From Gemmatimonadales bacterium (GTDB lineage Bacteria > Gemmatimonadota > Gemmatimonadetes > Gemmatimonadales > GWC2-71-9), in contig JBOHSH010000017.1 in NCBI GenBank assembly GCA_050733195.1, positions 7,984 to 71,983 of the forward strand: 64,000 nucleotides of DNA, in the 5' to 3' direction. Within the stretch, counting starts at the first letter, position 1, and the number at the start of each line of letters is the position of its first letter. The notes beneath the pieces are model-generated. The model searched no databases. It had not been told where the DNA came from and worked only from the letters and a program-made list of their open reading frames with translations. This document shows, one piece after another, positions 53,936 to 63,222 of this stretch. The position numbers and the translations under genes were made by a program.

Positions 53936-54624
53936 TCATGCGGGCGGAGAAGTCCCGCGCGCCGCGGCCGCGGCTCGTGGAGGTGGTGGGGCCCGCAGGC
54001 TCGGGGAAGAGCACGCTCGTGCGCTCGATGCCGGCGCGACACCCCGCGCGGTGCGGCTGGTTGTCGCTCTGGGGTCTTCCGCTTCCTTCGCTGCTGGCCG
54101 GCGCAATCGCCCTCGTGCCGACCGCTCTCAAGGCCGCGCTCCGCGGCCGGCCGCTCCGCTTCGCGGAGCTGGCCCAGATGGCGAGGCTCGAAGCGCTCGC
54201 GCGCCGGATCGACCGGCTGCCGCCCGACGCTCCTCCGCTCGTCGTGCTCGACGAGGGACCGGTCTTCGGGCTCACCTGGCTCGACGTGTTCTTCGGTCGG
54301 AACGGCGACCCCGGCTGGACCGCCTGGCGCCGGCGCGCCGTCGCCGAGTGGGCCGCACGGCTCGACGCCGTGCTCTGCCTCGACGCGGACGATCGCGTCC
54401 TGATCCGGCGGATTCGCGAGCGGTCCCAGGACCACATGGTGAAGGACCGTCCCGAGCCCGAGATCCGGGCGTTCACCGCCCGCTTCCGCCAGTCGTACGA
54501 CCGTGTACTTCGCGATCTCGCGTCGTCGGGCCGGCCTGCCGTGCTCTGTCTCCGGACGGACGACGAGAACCCCGACGCTCGCTGGGTGCTGGGAGCTCTC
54601 GAGGAGGCGCTGCGTGAGCGCTGA
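53932..54624 (+). CDS. P-loop NTPase/kinase-like hypothetical protein
   Basis: Walker A VVGPAGSGKSTL and a Walker-B-like LVVLDEGP. GTGA overlap with the upstream gene. Confidence 0.55.
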   Translation: MIMRAEKSRAPRPRLVEVVGPAGSGKSTLVRSMPARHPARCGWLSLWGLPLPSLLAGAIALVPTALKAALRGRPLRFAELAQMARLEALARRIDRLPPDAPPLVVLDEGPVFGLTWLDVFFGRNGDPGWTAWRRRAVAEWAARLDAVLCLDADDRVLIRRIRERSQDHMVKDRPEPEIRAFTARFRQSYDRVLRDLASSGRPAVLCLRTDDENPDARWVLGALEEALRER

Positions 54625-56206
54625 GTCGGTCGCCGCAGGCCGCCCGGCCGCGCTCGGTTCCGCCGCCCGGAGGGGGGAAGCGCGGGGCTTGACGCGCCGC
54701 GCCTCTCTCACGGCGGCGGCCGGCATTCTCGATTACGCGGCGAAAGCCCTCGTGTACGTCGTCGTCACCCCGATCCTCGTGAGCGGCCTCGGCCGCACGG
54801 TGTACGGGATCTGGGAAATGCTCTCGCGGCTCGGCGGCTACATGACCGTCACCGACGGGCGCTCCACCGAGGCCCTCCGGCTGGTGATCGCCCAGAAGCA
54901 GGAGAGCCCGGACGACGGGGAGAAGCGCCGCACCGTCGGTGCGGCGCTGATGGTCTGGCTGCTCATGCTCCCGGTCGTCCTGGCCGCGGGGGTCGTACTC
55001 GTCGCGTGGGTCGCGCCGGCGCTGATCCGGCCCGAAGGCGCGCTCCAGGGAGACGTGCAGCTCACGCTCGCCATCCTGGCGGGAGCGTTCGTGGCCACCA
55101 GCCTCGGCCTGGTTCCCGAATCGGTTCTGCGCGGCATGAATCTCGGGTACAAGCGCGTGGGCGTTCAGGCGAGCCTCAACATCCTCGGTGGCGCGCTGGC
55201 GGCGGCCGCGGTGTGGCAGGGCCTGGGCCTCGTCGGTCTCGCGGCGGCGCAGGCCGTCAAGGTCGTGCTCGCGGGTCTCGTCTTCTGGATGCTGGTGCGG
55301 CGCTTCGTGTCGTGGTGGGGGACCGCTCGCCCGACCCGGCCCGAAGTGCGCGCGCTCTTCGGCATGAGCCTCTGGCTCATGGCGGGCGACGCCGTCGCGA
55401 AGCTCCTGCTCGCCACCGACGTGCTGATTCTCGGCGCGATCGTGGCGCCGGCGGTCGTGACGACCTACGCCCTCACGGGGTACGCCGCGCGCACCGCCGT
55501 GGGCCTGCACGTTTTCGCCGCCGGAGCGGCCATGCCCGGCCTGGGCGGCCTGCTCGGCGCGGGAGAGCACGATCGCGCGGCCGCCGCGCGACGGGAGATG
55601 CTCGTGCTGACGTGGCTGTTCGTGACCGTCATCGGCGGCGCGATCCTGCTCTGGAATCCCGCGTTCATCCGGCTGTGGGTCGGACCCGAGAACTACGCCG
55701 GCGCCGGCATCGACCTGCTGATCGTGCTGATCGCCGTGCAGACCGCCTTCATCCGGACCGACGCGTACCTGCTCGACGCGGCGCTCGAGCCGAAAGCGAG
55801 GGTGCTCGTCGCCTCCGCCGCCGCCGTCGTGACGATCGGCCTGACCATTCCGCTCACGCACCTGTTCGGCCTGCCGGGGCTCTGCGCCGGCCTGCTCGCG
55901 GGACGGGGAGTGCAGTCGGTCGCCTACCCGCTGCTCGTCCGGCGGTCGCTGCGACACCCGCGCCGTCACGCCGGCGGCCTCCGTCTCGGGCTCAGGCTCG
56001 GCCTCGTATCGGGCGGTCTCTTCGCCGGGTGCGCCGCGCTGGGCCGGGCTCTCCAGCCAGTCGGCTGGATCGAATGGGGCGCCGGGCTGGCGCTGTCCCT
56101 GCCGGTCATCGCGGGCCTCGCGCTGCTGGGGGGCCCGGACGCGACGACGCGGCGCGCGCTGCTCAGCCGGCTGCACGCGATGGCGTCCCGCGGAGCTCAC
56201 CCATGA
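54614..56206 (+). CDS. wzx: Wzx-type oligosaccharide flippase (MOP superfamily)
   Basis: About 12-14 predicted TM helices with a polysaccharide-biosynthesis-protein pattern. I chose the GTG at 54614 because the ORF-track start lies inside the upstream gene. Confidence 0.8.
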   Translation: MSAESVAAGRPAALGSAARRGEARGLTRRASLTAAAGILDYAAKALVYVVVTPILVSGLGRTVYGIWEMLSRLGGYMTVTDGRSTEALRLVIAQKQESPDDGEKRRTVGAALMVWLLMLPVVLAAGVVLVAWVAPALIRPEGALQGDVQLTLAILAGAFVATSLGLVPESVLRGMNLGYKRVGVQASLNILGGALAAAAVWQGLGLVGLAAAQAVKVVLAGLVFWMLVRRFVSWWGTARPTRPEVRALFGMSLWLMAGDAVAKLLLATDVLILGAIVAPAVVTTYALTGYAARTAVGLHVFAAGAAMPGLGGLLGAGEHDRAAAARREMLVLTWLFVTVIGGAILLWNPAFIRLWVGPENYAGAGIDLLIVLIAVQTAFIRTDAYLLDAALEPKARVLVASAAAVVTIGLTIPLTHLFGLPGLCAGLLAGRGVQSVAYPLLVRRSLRHPRRHAGGLRLGLRLGLVSGGLFAGCAALGRALQPVGWIEWGAGLALSLPVIAGLALLGGPDATTRRALLSRLHAMASRGAHP

Positions 56207-57465
56207 CGATTCCACTGCGTCTCGCCACCACCGGATACCCCACCGCCTCCCCGGCGGCCCGCGCGGAGCCCACTAGCCGCGTCCATCCGGTGGTGCGCGC
56301 GGCGCTATACCTCTACATCGCATCCATTCCGTTCGAGTTCCCCGGGCGGACGATTCCGCTCGAGATTCCGACGCTCACGGGACTCGTCTACCTCGCCGCC
56401 ACACTCATCAACCCCGTCCTCTCCTACCGCCGGCTGCCGCTCGCGGTGGTGTGGTTCGGGCTGCACCTGTGGGTCCTGGCCGCGGTCACGATCCTCCTTT
56501 CGGTCGAGCATTTCGCGCTCGCGGCCCGGCAGTTCGTCCTGCTCCTCCAGCTCCTGTTTCTGCTGTGGAGCATGTACAACCTGCTCGGGCACCCGGCGGT
56601 GCTCCGGGGTGCGCTGATCACGCTGATCGCCTCCTGCACGGTACGGGCGGCCATCCAGGTCCTCGGGATCGGAACCACGTCGTACGAGGTATGGACCGGG
56701 GGCACGCGAGTCACGACGCTCGGCCAGAACATGAACCTGAGCGCCATGATCCTCTCGGCGGGGCTCCTGACCGTGCTCGGACTCCAGGTGGTCAAGGAGC
56801 GCCGGCTGCCCAGGCCGGGGCTGCTCGCGATCCCGCTCGCCGCGCTCATGGGATGGGCCATTCTGCAGACCGGCTCACGCGGCGGCGTGGTCTGCGCCCT
56901 GGTCGGCCTTGCCGCGTTCAGCATCACCGGCCGGAACGCCAGGCAGCGGATCCGCAACGCGGCCCTCGGTGTGGTCGGACTCGCCGTGATGATCTGGGGC
57001 GTCACGCGTACCGAGGTGCTCTACGAGCGGTTCGGCCTGGCCGTGCGGGAAGGCGCATGGGCGGGGCGCGAGCACATCTGGCCCGCGGCGATCGGGATGA
57101 TCCAGGAGCGGCCGTTCTTCGGCTGGGGACTCATCGAGAACCAGTACGAGATCGGGCGGCGGATCGCCCATGCGAAAGGGTTCCGCGACGCGCACAACCT
57201 CGTGCTCGAGATCTTCACCAACTCCGGGCTCGCCGGCGCGATTCCCTTCATCGTCGGGCTCGCGCTCTGCGTCGGCGCCGCCTGGCGCGCGCGGAAGGGC
57301 CCGCTCGGCGTCTTTCCGTTCGCGGTCCTCATGGCGATCCTGGTCGGGACGCTGAGCGGAACCTGGATCGCGTCGAAGATCCTCTGGCTCGCCCTCGCGA
57401 TCGGTCTCGCGGCCGGAGGCCACTACGCGATGCGGGTCCCCGATCCGCCGAGGAGTCAGGTCTGA
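56203..57465 (+). CDS. wzy: O-antigen ligase/polymerase-like membrane protein (Wzy family)
   Basis: Polytopic membrane protein with a Wzy_C-like loop (LQTGSRGGVVCALVGL ... RPFFGWGL ... AHNLVLEIFTNSG). ATGA overlap with wzx. Confidence 0.8.
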   Translation: MTIPLRLATTGYPTASPAARAEPTSRVHPVVRAALYLYIASIPFEFPGRTIPLEIPTLTGLVYLAATLINPVLSYRRLPLAVVWFGLHLWVLAAVTILLSVEHFALAARQFVLLLQLLFLLWSMYNLLGHPAVLRGALITLIASCTVRAAIQVLGIGTTSYEVWTGGTRVTTLGQNMNLSAMILSAGLLTVLGLQVVKERRLPRPGLLAIPLAALMGWAILQTGSRGGVVCALVGLAAFSITGRNARQRIRNAALGVVGLAVMIWGVTRTEVLYERFGLAVREGAWAGREHIWPAAIGMIQERPFFGWGLIENQYEIGRRIAHAKGFRDAHNLVLEIFTNSGLAGAIPFIVGLALCVGAAWRARKGPLGVFPFAVLMAILVGTLSGTWIASKILWLALAIGLAAGGHYAMRVPDPPRSQV

Positions 57466-59396
57466 TGTGCGGCTTCGCCGGCCGGTTTCACTGGGAGGGC
57501 CTCGCGGCGATGCCGGGATGGACCGAGCGCGCCTCGCGCCTGCTGGCGCACCGCGGCCCCGACGGCTCGGGCCTCTATCGCGACGAGCGGTGCGAGCTGG
57601 TTCACCGGCGGCTCGCGCTGATCGACCTCTCGCCGACTGGCCAGCAGCCGATGGCGAACGAGGACGAGAGTGTCTGGGTCGCTTACAACGGCGAGATCTA
57701 CAACCACCGCGAGCTCCGGACCGAGCTCTCGGCCAAGGGACACCGCTTCCGGGGCACCTCGGACACCGAAGTGCTCGTGCACCTGTACGAGGAGCTGGGC
57801 GAGCACCTCGTCGAGCGGTTGCGCGGCATCTTCGCGTTCGCCCTGTACGATCGCCCCCGTCGCCGGCTGCTCCTCGCCCGCGATCGCTTCGGCGTGAAGC
57901 CGCTCTTCTGGACGCGGCTCCCGGAGGCGCTCGCGTTCGCGAGCGAGATCAAGGCCCTCACCGCGCTGCCCGGCTTCACGCCCGGCATCGACCGGCAGGC
58001 GTGTTACGACTTTCTCGGCCTCGGATACGTCCCCGAGCCGGCGACCGGGTTCGCGGGGGTCTTCGCGCTCCCGCGCGGGACCACGCTCGTCTTCGGCGCC
58101 GAGGGCGTCCGGTGCGAGCGGTATCACGCGCTCGCCGCGCGGGCCGAGGCGCACCGGTCGCTGCCGGAGACGGTGGAGGCGCTCGCCGGCCGGCTCCTCG
58201 ATTCCGTCGGCCGCCAGTCCGTCGCCGACGTGCCGGTGGCGGCGCTCCTGAGCGGCGGGATCGACTCGTCCCTCATCGTCGCGGCCCACCAGCGGGCCCT
58301 CGGGACGGCCGCGACGACGTTCAGCGTGCGCTTTCCCGACGCGAGCCACGACGAGACGCCGGCGGCGCGCTCGGTCGCGAGCCACTGCGGCACGGCCCAT
58401 CACGTGATCGAGCAGGACGATCGGGATCTCTCGCCCGGGACGATTCTCGGGCTGCTGCGCCACTTCGACCAGCCCTTCGCCGACACCAGCTTCCTCCCGA
58501 CCTACTGGGTCGCCAGGGCGGTTCGGGAGCGCGGCATCATCTGCGCGCTCTCCGGCGACGGCGGCGACGAAGCCTTCGGCGGCTATGCCCGGTTCTGGCG
58601 GGCCAACCGGCTCGCGCTGCTGATGCATGCGCCGGCATGGGTGCGCCGGACCCTGGTCGCGACGGGCGATTCCCTCTCCGCCGCCACGCGGGACTGGGGC
58701 CGCCAGCTCGCCAAAGCGACGCGGCTCGCGTCGGCGGGCCGGGTGGACACCGCGCCGCTCCTCGCCGGGCTCGCCAACTATCTGAGCGAGGAGCAGAAGG
58801 CCGAGCTCGTCGTCGCCGAGGCGCGGGAGGGTCTCCAGCCGAGCTGGAGACTCTTCGACGGCTATCTCCCCCGGGGGGGCTGCGGGCTCGAAGAGCTGTC
58901 GCGTCGCATGACGGAGACGCTCTTCGCGGTGAGCCTGCCCTCCGACATGCTCCGGAAGGTCGACATGATGAGCATGCGGGCGAGCATCGAAGTCCGGGTG
59001 CCGCTGCTCGACGAGGACGTGGTCGGCCTCGGGCTCACGCTCCCGCACCGCCTGAAGACCGACGGCCGGCGCGGGAAGCTCGTCCTCAGAGGTCTCGCGC
59101 GACGCTGGCTTCCGGAGGACGTGGCCCTGCGGCCGAAGCACGGCTTCACCGTGCCCCTCGACGTCATGGTCCCGCCGGCGCTCCACGCCGCGGCGAGGGA
59201 CCTGCTCTGCACGTCCGGCGCCCGGACCCGGCCGATGGTCAATGCCCGGCTGGTCGACGGATGGGTGGACGGCTTCGCGGCGAGGCGCGACGGAAGCTCC
59301 GCCGGCGGAACGATCAGCCGGGAAGGCCTGCATCGGCGGGTGATGTCGTTGCTGTCCCTGGAGCTCTGGCTCCGTGACCATCAGCTGACCTGGTAG
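57465..59396 (+). CDS. asparagine synthase (glutamine-hydrolysing) family amidotransferase
   Basis: N-terminal nucleophile MCGFAG, then HRGPDG and the PP-loop LSGGIDSS. The product is 643 aa. Confidence 0.9.
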   Translation: MCGFAGRFHWEGLAAMPGWTERASRLLAHRGPDGSGLYRDERCELVHRRLALIDLSPTGQQPMANEDESVWVAYNGEIYNHRELRTELSAKGHRFRGTSDTEVLVHLYEELGEHLVERLRGIFAFALYDRPRRRLLLARDRFGVKPLFWTRLPEALAFASEIKALTALPGFTPGIDRQACYDFLGLGYVPEPATGFAGVFALPRGTTLVFGAEGVRCERYHALAARAEAHRSLPETVEALAGRLLDSVGRQSVADVPVAALLSGGIDSSLIVAAHQRALGTAATTFSVRFPDASHDETPAARSVASHCGTAHHVIEQDDRDLSPGTILGLLRHFDQPFADTSFLPTYWVARAVRERGIICALSGDGGDEAFGGYARFWRANRLALLMHAPAWVRRTLVATGDSLSAATRDWGRQLAKATRLASAGRVDTAPLLAGLANYLSEEQKAELVVAEAREGLQPSWRLFDGYLPRGGCGLEELSRRMTETLFAVSLPSDMLRKVDMMSMRASIEVRVPLLDEDVVGLGLTLPHRLKTDGRRGKLVLRGLARRWLPEDVALRPKHGFTVPLDVMVPPALHAAARDLLCTSGARTRPMVNARLVDGWVDGFAARRDGSSAGGTISREGLHRRVMSLLSLELWLRDHQLTW

Positions 59397-59411
59397 AGCG
59401 AGCGGACGCCG

Positions 59412-60698
59412 ATGCGACTGGCCGTCTTCACGAACATGTACCCCGCGCAGACCGCGACGTTCTTCGAACGCGACCTGCTCTCGCTCCTCGCCGCCGGCAT
59501 CGAGCCCGAGATCTTCGCGATCCATCCACCGGACGAGTCGCTGTGGCAGTATTCGCTCGGACTGCTCGACCGGCCCGGCATGGGGCGGGAGCGGGTGCAC
59601 CACCTGCGCCTCCCCGGAACTTTTCGTCGCGCCGGCGCGGTCCTTCGCCGCCGTCCCGCGCGGTGCCTCTCGGACGGCGTGCGCACGCTTGCGGCGGCGG
59701 CACGCTACGGAGTGATGCCGCTCCTCAAGACCGGATACGTCCTCCCCAAAGCCTGGGCCTGGGCGGCCGAGCACGACGGGGAGTTCGATCACGTCCTGGC
59801 CTACTGGGGCAATTACGCCGGCACCTGCGCCTGGGCGTTTCATCGCCTGCTCCGGCGCCCGGTGCCGTTCTCGATCTGGCTCCACGCCGGCGTGGATCTC
59901 TATCGCACGCCGGTGTTCCTGCGGCAGAAGCTGCTCTACGCGGACAACATCATCACCTGCTGCGAATTCAATCGCGGCTTCATCCGGGACCGGTTCGGAG
60001 ACGCGGGCGTCGCGATCGCCGGCAAGCTCCACGTGAGCCACCACGGGCTCGACCCCGCGGACTTCGCGTTCCGCCCCGAGGGCCGGCCGCAGGGCCGGCT
60101 CCTCGCGGTCGGCCGGCTGGCGGCGCACAAGGGCTACGACGATCTCCTGCGCGCGGCGGCCATCCTCGCGGGCCGTGGCCGGGAGATCACGGTGGAGCTC
60201 GTGGGCGACGGCCCGGAGCGCCAGGCCCTCGCGGCGCTCGCCGGCCGGCTCGGCATCGCGGATCGGGTGCGATTCCGCGGATGGGTGCCTTTCCCGGAGG
60301 CCCGGCTGGCGATGAGCGAGGCGACGGTGCTGGTGCATCCCTCGGACGGCCTGGGCGACGGCCTGCCGAACGTCGTGCGCGAAGCGATGGCGGTCGGTAC
60401 GCCGGTGGTCGCTTCCGACGTCGCCGGCATTCCCGACGCGCTCGGCGACGGCTGCGGCGTGCTCGTTCCGCCGCGGGATCCCGCTGCCCTCGCGGAGGGC
60501 CTCGCGCGCCTGCTCGACGACGAGGGCGAGCGCCTGCGGATCGCCGCCCGTGCGCGGCTGCGGGTGGAAGAGCGTTACGACATCTGGCGCAACGGCGCCC
60601 GGCTCGCCGATCTCCTCCGGCAGACGACGCGTCGCCTGCCCGCCGGCCCTGTGCCCGCGTGGAGCCCGGGATCGGTCTCCTCCGGTGACGGTGGATGA
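59412..60698 (+). CDS. GT4-family glycosyltransferase (WcaL-like)
   Basis: C-terminal GT-B pattern GRLAAHKGYDDLL...VHPS...EGLPNVVREAMAVGTPVVASDVAGIPD. Confidence 0.85.
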   Translation: MRLAVFTNMYPAQTATFFERDLLSLLAAGIEPEIFAIHPPDESLWQYSLGLLDRPGMGRERVHHLRLPGTFRRAGAVLRRRPARCLSDGVRTLAAAARYGVMPLLKTGYVLPKAWAWAAEHDGEFDHVLAYWGNYAGTCAWAFHRLLRRPVPFSIWLHAGVDLYRTPVFLRQKLLYADNIITCCEFNRGFIRDRFGDAGVAIAGKLHVSHHGLDPADFAFRPEGRPQGRLLAVGRLAAHKGYDDLLRAAAILAGRGREITVELVGDGPERQALAALAGRLGIADRVRFRGWVPFPEARLAMSEATVLVHPSDGLGDGLPNVVREAMAVGTPVVASDVAGIPDALGDGCGVLVPPRDPAALAEGLARLLDDEGERLRIAARARLRVEERYDIWRNGARLADLLRQTTRRLPAGPVPAWSPGSVSSGDGG

Positions 60699-60740
60699 CG
60701 ACGATGACGACGGACCTCCGAGGGAGGGAGCTACGCAGCG

Positions 60741-62180
60741 ATGCGCGATGAAGTCCTGAGTCTCTACCACGGCCTGCCGGCATCGGCGCGCTCCGCGGCG
60801 GCGACGCTGCGGGGCCTGTACCTGCACCTCTGGCGGTACGGCCCCGAGAGCGGCCGGCTCCGGGCGCAGACGCTCGAGCGCGACGGCTGGACCGCGGAAC
60901 AGTGGCGCACCTGGCGGGAGGAGCGTCTCGCCTACGTGTTGCACCGGGCGGCCACGCGGGTCCCCTACTACCGCGAGCAGTGGGCGCGGCGGCGTGCCGC
61001 CGGCGACCGCTCGTCGTGGGAGATCCTCGATCACTGGCCCGTGCTCGAGAAGGACGCCGTCCGGGAGCATCCGCGGGCGTTCCTCGCCGACGATTGTCAC
61101 CCGCGCCGGATGTTCCACGAGCAGACCAGCGGGACCACCGGGAAGCCGCTCGACCTCTGGCGCACCCGTCTCACGGTCTCGACGCTCTACGCCCTGAGCG
61201 ATGCGCGCACCGACGCCTGGCACGGGGTCCCGCCACGGGCCCGCTACGCGCGTCTCGGCGGCCAGCTGGTCACGCCGGTCCGCCAGCGCCGGCCGCCGTT
61301 CTGGGTATGGAACGTGGTCATGCGGCAGCTCTACATGTCCACCTATCACCTCGCGCCCGACCTCATCGGGTACTACCTCGACGCGCTCCAGCGGTATCGC
61401 GTGGTCTATCTCGCGGGGTACACCTCCTCGCTCGTGGCGCTCGCCCAGGAAGCGATCCGGCTCGGCCGGGGGGACCTCGGGATGATGATCGCCTTCACCA
61501 ACGCGGAGCCGCTCCACCCGGACCAGCGCACGGTCATCAGCGAGGCCTTCCGGTGTCCGGTCCGCGAGACGTACGGACAGACGGAGACCGTGGCCTACGG
61601 CAGTGAATGTCCCGCCGGCCGCCTGCATCTCTGGCCGGAGGTGGGGCACCTCGAGGTCTGGGTCCACGACGGACCCGCCCCCGCGGGCACCGCCGGCGAG
61701 TTCATCGGCACCGGGCTCCTCAACGCCGACATGCCGCTCATTCGCTACCGCGTCGGCGACCGAGGCCGCCTCGCTCCGCCCGACGATCACTGCACCTGCG
61801 GGCGCCGGCTTCCGCTCATCTCGGCGGTCGAGGGACGGACGAACGACGTCCTGGTCACTCGTGACGGCCGCCAGGTGTGGTGGCTCAACCCGGTCTTCTA
61901 CGGCCAGCCGATCCGGCAGTCGCAGATCGCGCAGGATTCGCTGCAGCGGCTCACGGTGCGGGTGGCGCCGGCCGATGGATTCGGCCCCGGCAACGCCCGG
62001 GCGATCGTCGAACGGCTCCGTTCCCGCATGGGCGACATCGAGGTGGACCTGCAGCTCGTCGACGAAGTTCCGCGGTCGCCGAACGGAAAGCTCAAGGCGA
62101 TCGTCTGCAACCTCTCGGCGCAGGAGCGCGAGGCGGCCCTGCGCGGCGGTGGCGGCGCCACCGCGGGAGCGACATCGTGA
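60741..62180 (+). CDS. adenylate-forming enzyme, phenylacetate-CoA ligase/CapK-like
   Basis: Motifs TSGTTGKPL, YGQTE, YRVGDRG and SPNGKLK, consistent with the PaaK/F390-synthetase family. Confidence 0.8.
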   Translation: MRDEVLSLYHGLPASARSAAATLRGLYLHLWRYGPESGRLRAQTLERDGWTAEQWRTWREERLAYVLHRAATRVPYYREQWARRRAAGDRSSWEILDHWPVLEKDAVREHPRAFLADDCHPRRMFHEQTSGTTGKPLDLWRTRLTVSTLYALSDARTDAWHGVPPRARYARLGGQLVTPVRQRRPPFWVWNVVMRQLYMSTYHLAPDLIGYYLDALQRYRVVYLAGYTSSLVALAQEAIRLGRGDLGMMIAFTNAEPLHPDQRTVISEAFRCPVRETYGQTETVAYGSECPAGRLHLWPEVGHLEVWVHDGPAPAGTAGEFIGTGLLNADMPLIRYRVGDRGRLAPPDDHCTCGRRLPLISAVEGRTNDVLVTRDGRQVWWLNPVFYGQPIRQSQIAQDSLQRLTVRVAPADGFGPGNARAIVERLRSRMGDIEVDLQLVDEVPRSPNGKLKAIVCNLSAQEREAALRGGGGATAGATS

Positions 62181-63208
62181 CCCTTCTCTCCCTCATCCTG
62201 CCGTGCCGCAACGAGGCGCTGTACATCGGCCCCTGCCTCGATACGCTCCTGGCCACGCGCTACCCGATGGAAGGTCTGGAGATTCTCGTCGTGGACGGGA
62301 TGAGCGACGACGGGACCCGGGAGCTGGTCTCCCGGTACGCCGCCCGCTACGGCCGCATCCGTCTGCTCGACAACCCGCGTCGCGTGGCTCCCTCCGCCCT
62401 CAACATCGGCATCGCCGCGGCCACCGGCGACGTCATCGCGCGCGTGGACGCGCACGCCCTGTATCCGCCCGAGTACCTCCCCCGCCTGGTGCGGGCGCTC
62501 GAGGAGACCGGCGCGGACAACGTCGGCGGTCCGGTCGTCACCCTTCCGGCCAACAGCGGCGCGCAGGCGCAGGCGATCTCCCTCGCGCTGTCCCATCCGC
62601 TCGGGGTCGGCAATTCCTGGTTCCGGATCGGCAGCCGCGACGCCCGATGGGTCGAGACGGTACCGTTCGGCTGCTGGCGCCGCGAGCTTTTCCGGCGGAT
62701 CGGGGGATTCGACGAGGAGCTGGTGCGGAACCAGGACGACGAGTTCAACTACCGCACCGCGCGCGCGGGAGGGCGCATCCTGCTGCTCCCGGAGGCCGTC
62801 TCCTACTATTTCGCGCGGGACTCGCTCGGGCAGGCCGCCCGGATGATGTACCAGTACGGGTTCTACAAGCCGCTCGTCGCACGCAAGGTCGGCCGGGTCG
62901 CCACGCTGCGACAGCTCGCCCCGCCGGCGCTCGTCGCCGGGCTCATTGCCGGCGCTGCGCTCGCGCCCTTCTGGGCTCCCGCCGCCTGGCTCTGGGCGGG
63001 GGTGATCCTTCTCTACGCGCTGCTCGTCATCGCCGGCGCGCTGAGCGCCGGCTGGTCGCGCGGCAGCCGAGTCGTCGCCGCGCTGCTGGCCGCGTTCCCG
63101 GCGATGCACTTCGCGTACGGCTGGGGCTACCTCAGGGGTCTCTGGGGTGCCCGCGCCGAGCGTCGTCCCCGGTGGCGGGATCCGGCCGCCGTTCCGCTGA
63201 CACGCTGA
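62177..63208 (+). CDS. GT2-family glycosyltransferase with C-terminal TM helices
   Basis: LSLILPCRNEALYIGPCLDTL...VVDGMSDDGT...RVDAH...NQDDEF. GTG start in a GTGA overlap. Confidence 0.85.
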   Translation: MTLLSLILPCRNEALYIGPCLDTLLATRYPMEGLEILVVDGMSDDGTRELVSRYAARYGRIRLLDNPRRVAPSALNIGIAAATGDVIARVDAHALYPPEYLPRLVRALEETGADNVGGPVVTLPANSGAQAQAISLALSHPLGVGNSWFRIGSRDARWVETVPFGCWRRELFRRIGGFDEELVRNQDDEFNYRTARAGGRILLLPEAVSYYFARDSLGQAARMMYQYGFYKPLVARKVGRVATLRQLAPPALVAGLIAGAALAPFWAPAAWLWAGVILLYALLVIAGALSAGWSRGSRVVAALLAAFPAMHFAYGWGYLRGLWGARAERRPRWRDPAAVPLTR

Positions 63209-63222
63209 GAGGGAGACCCGTC

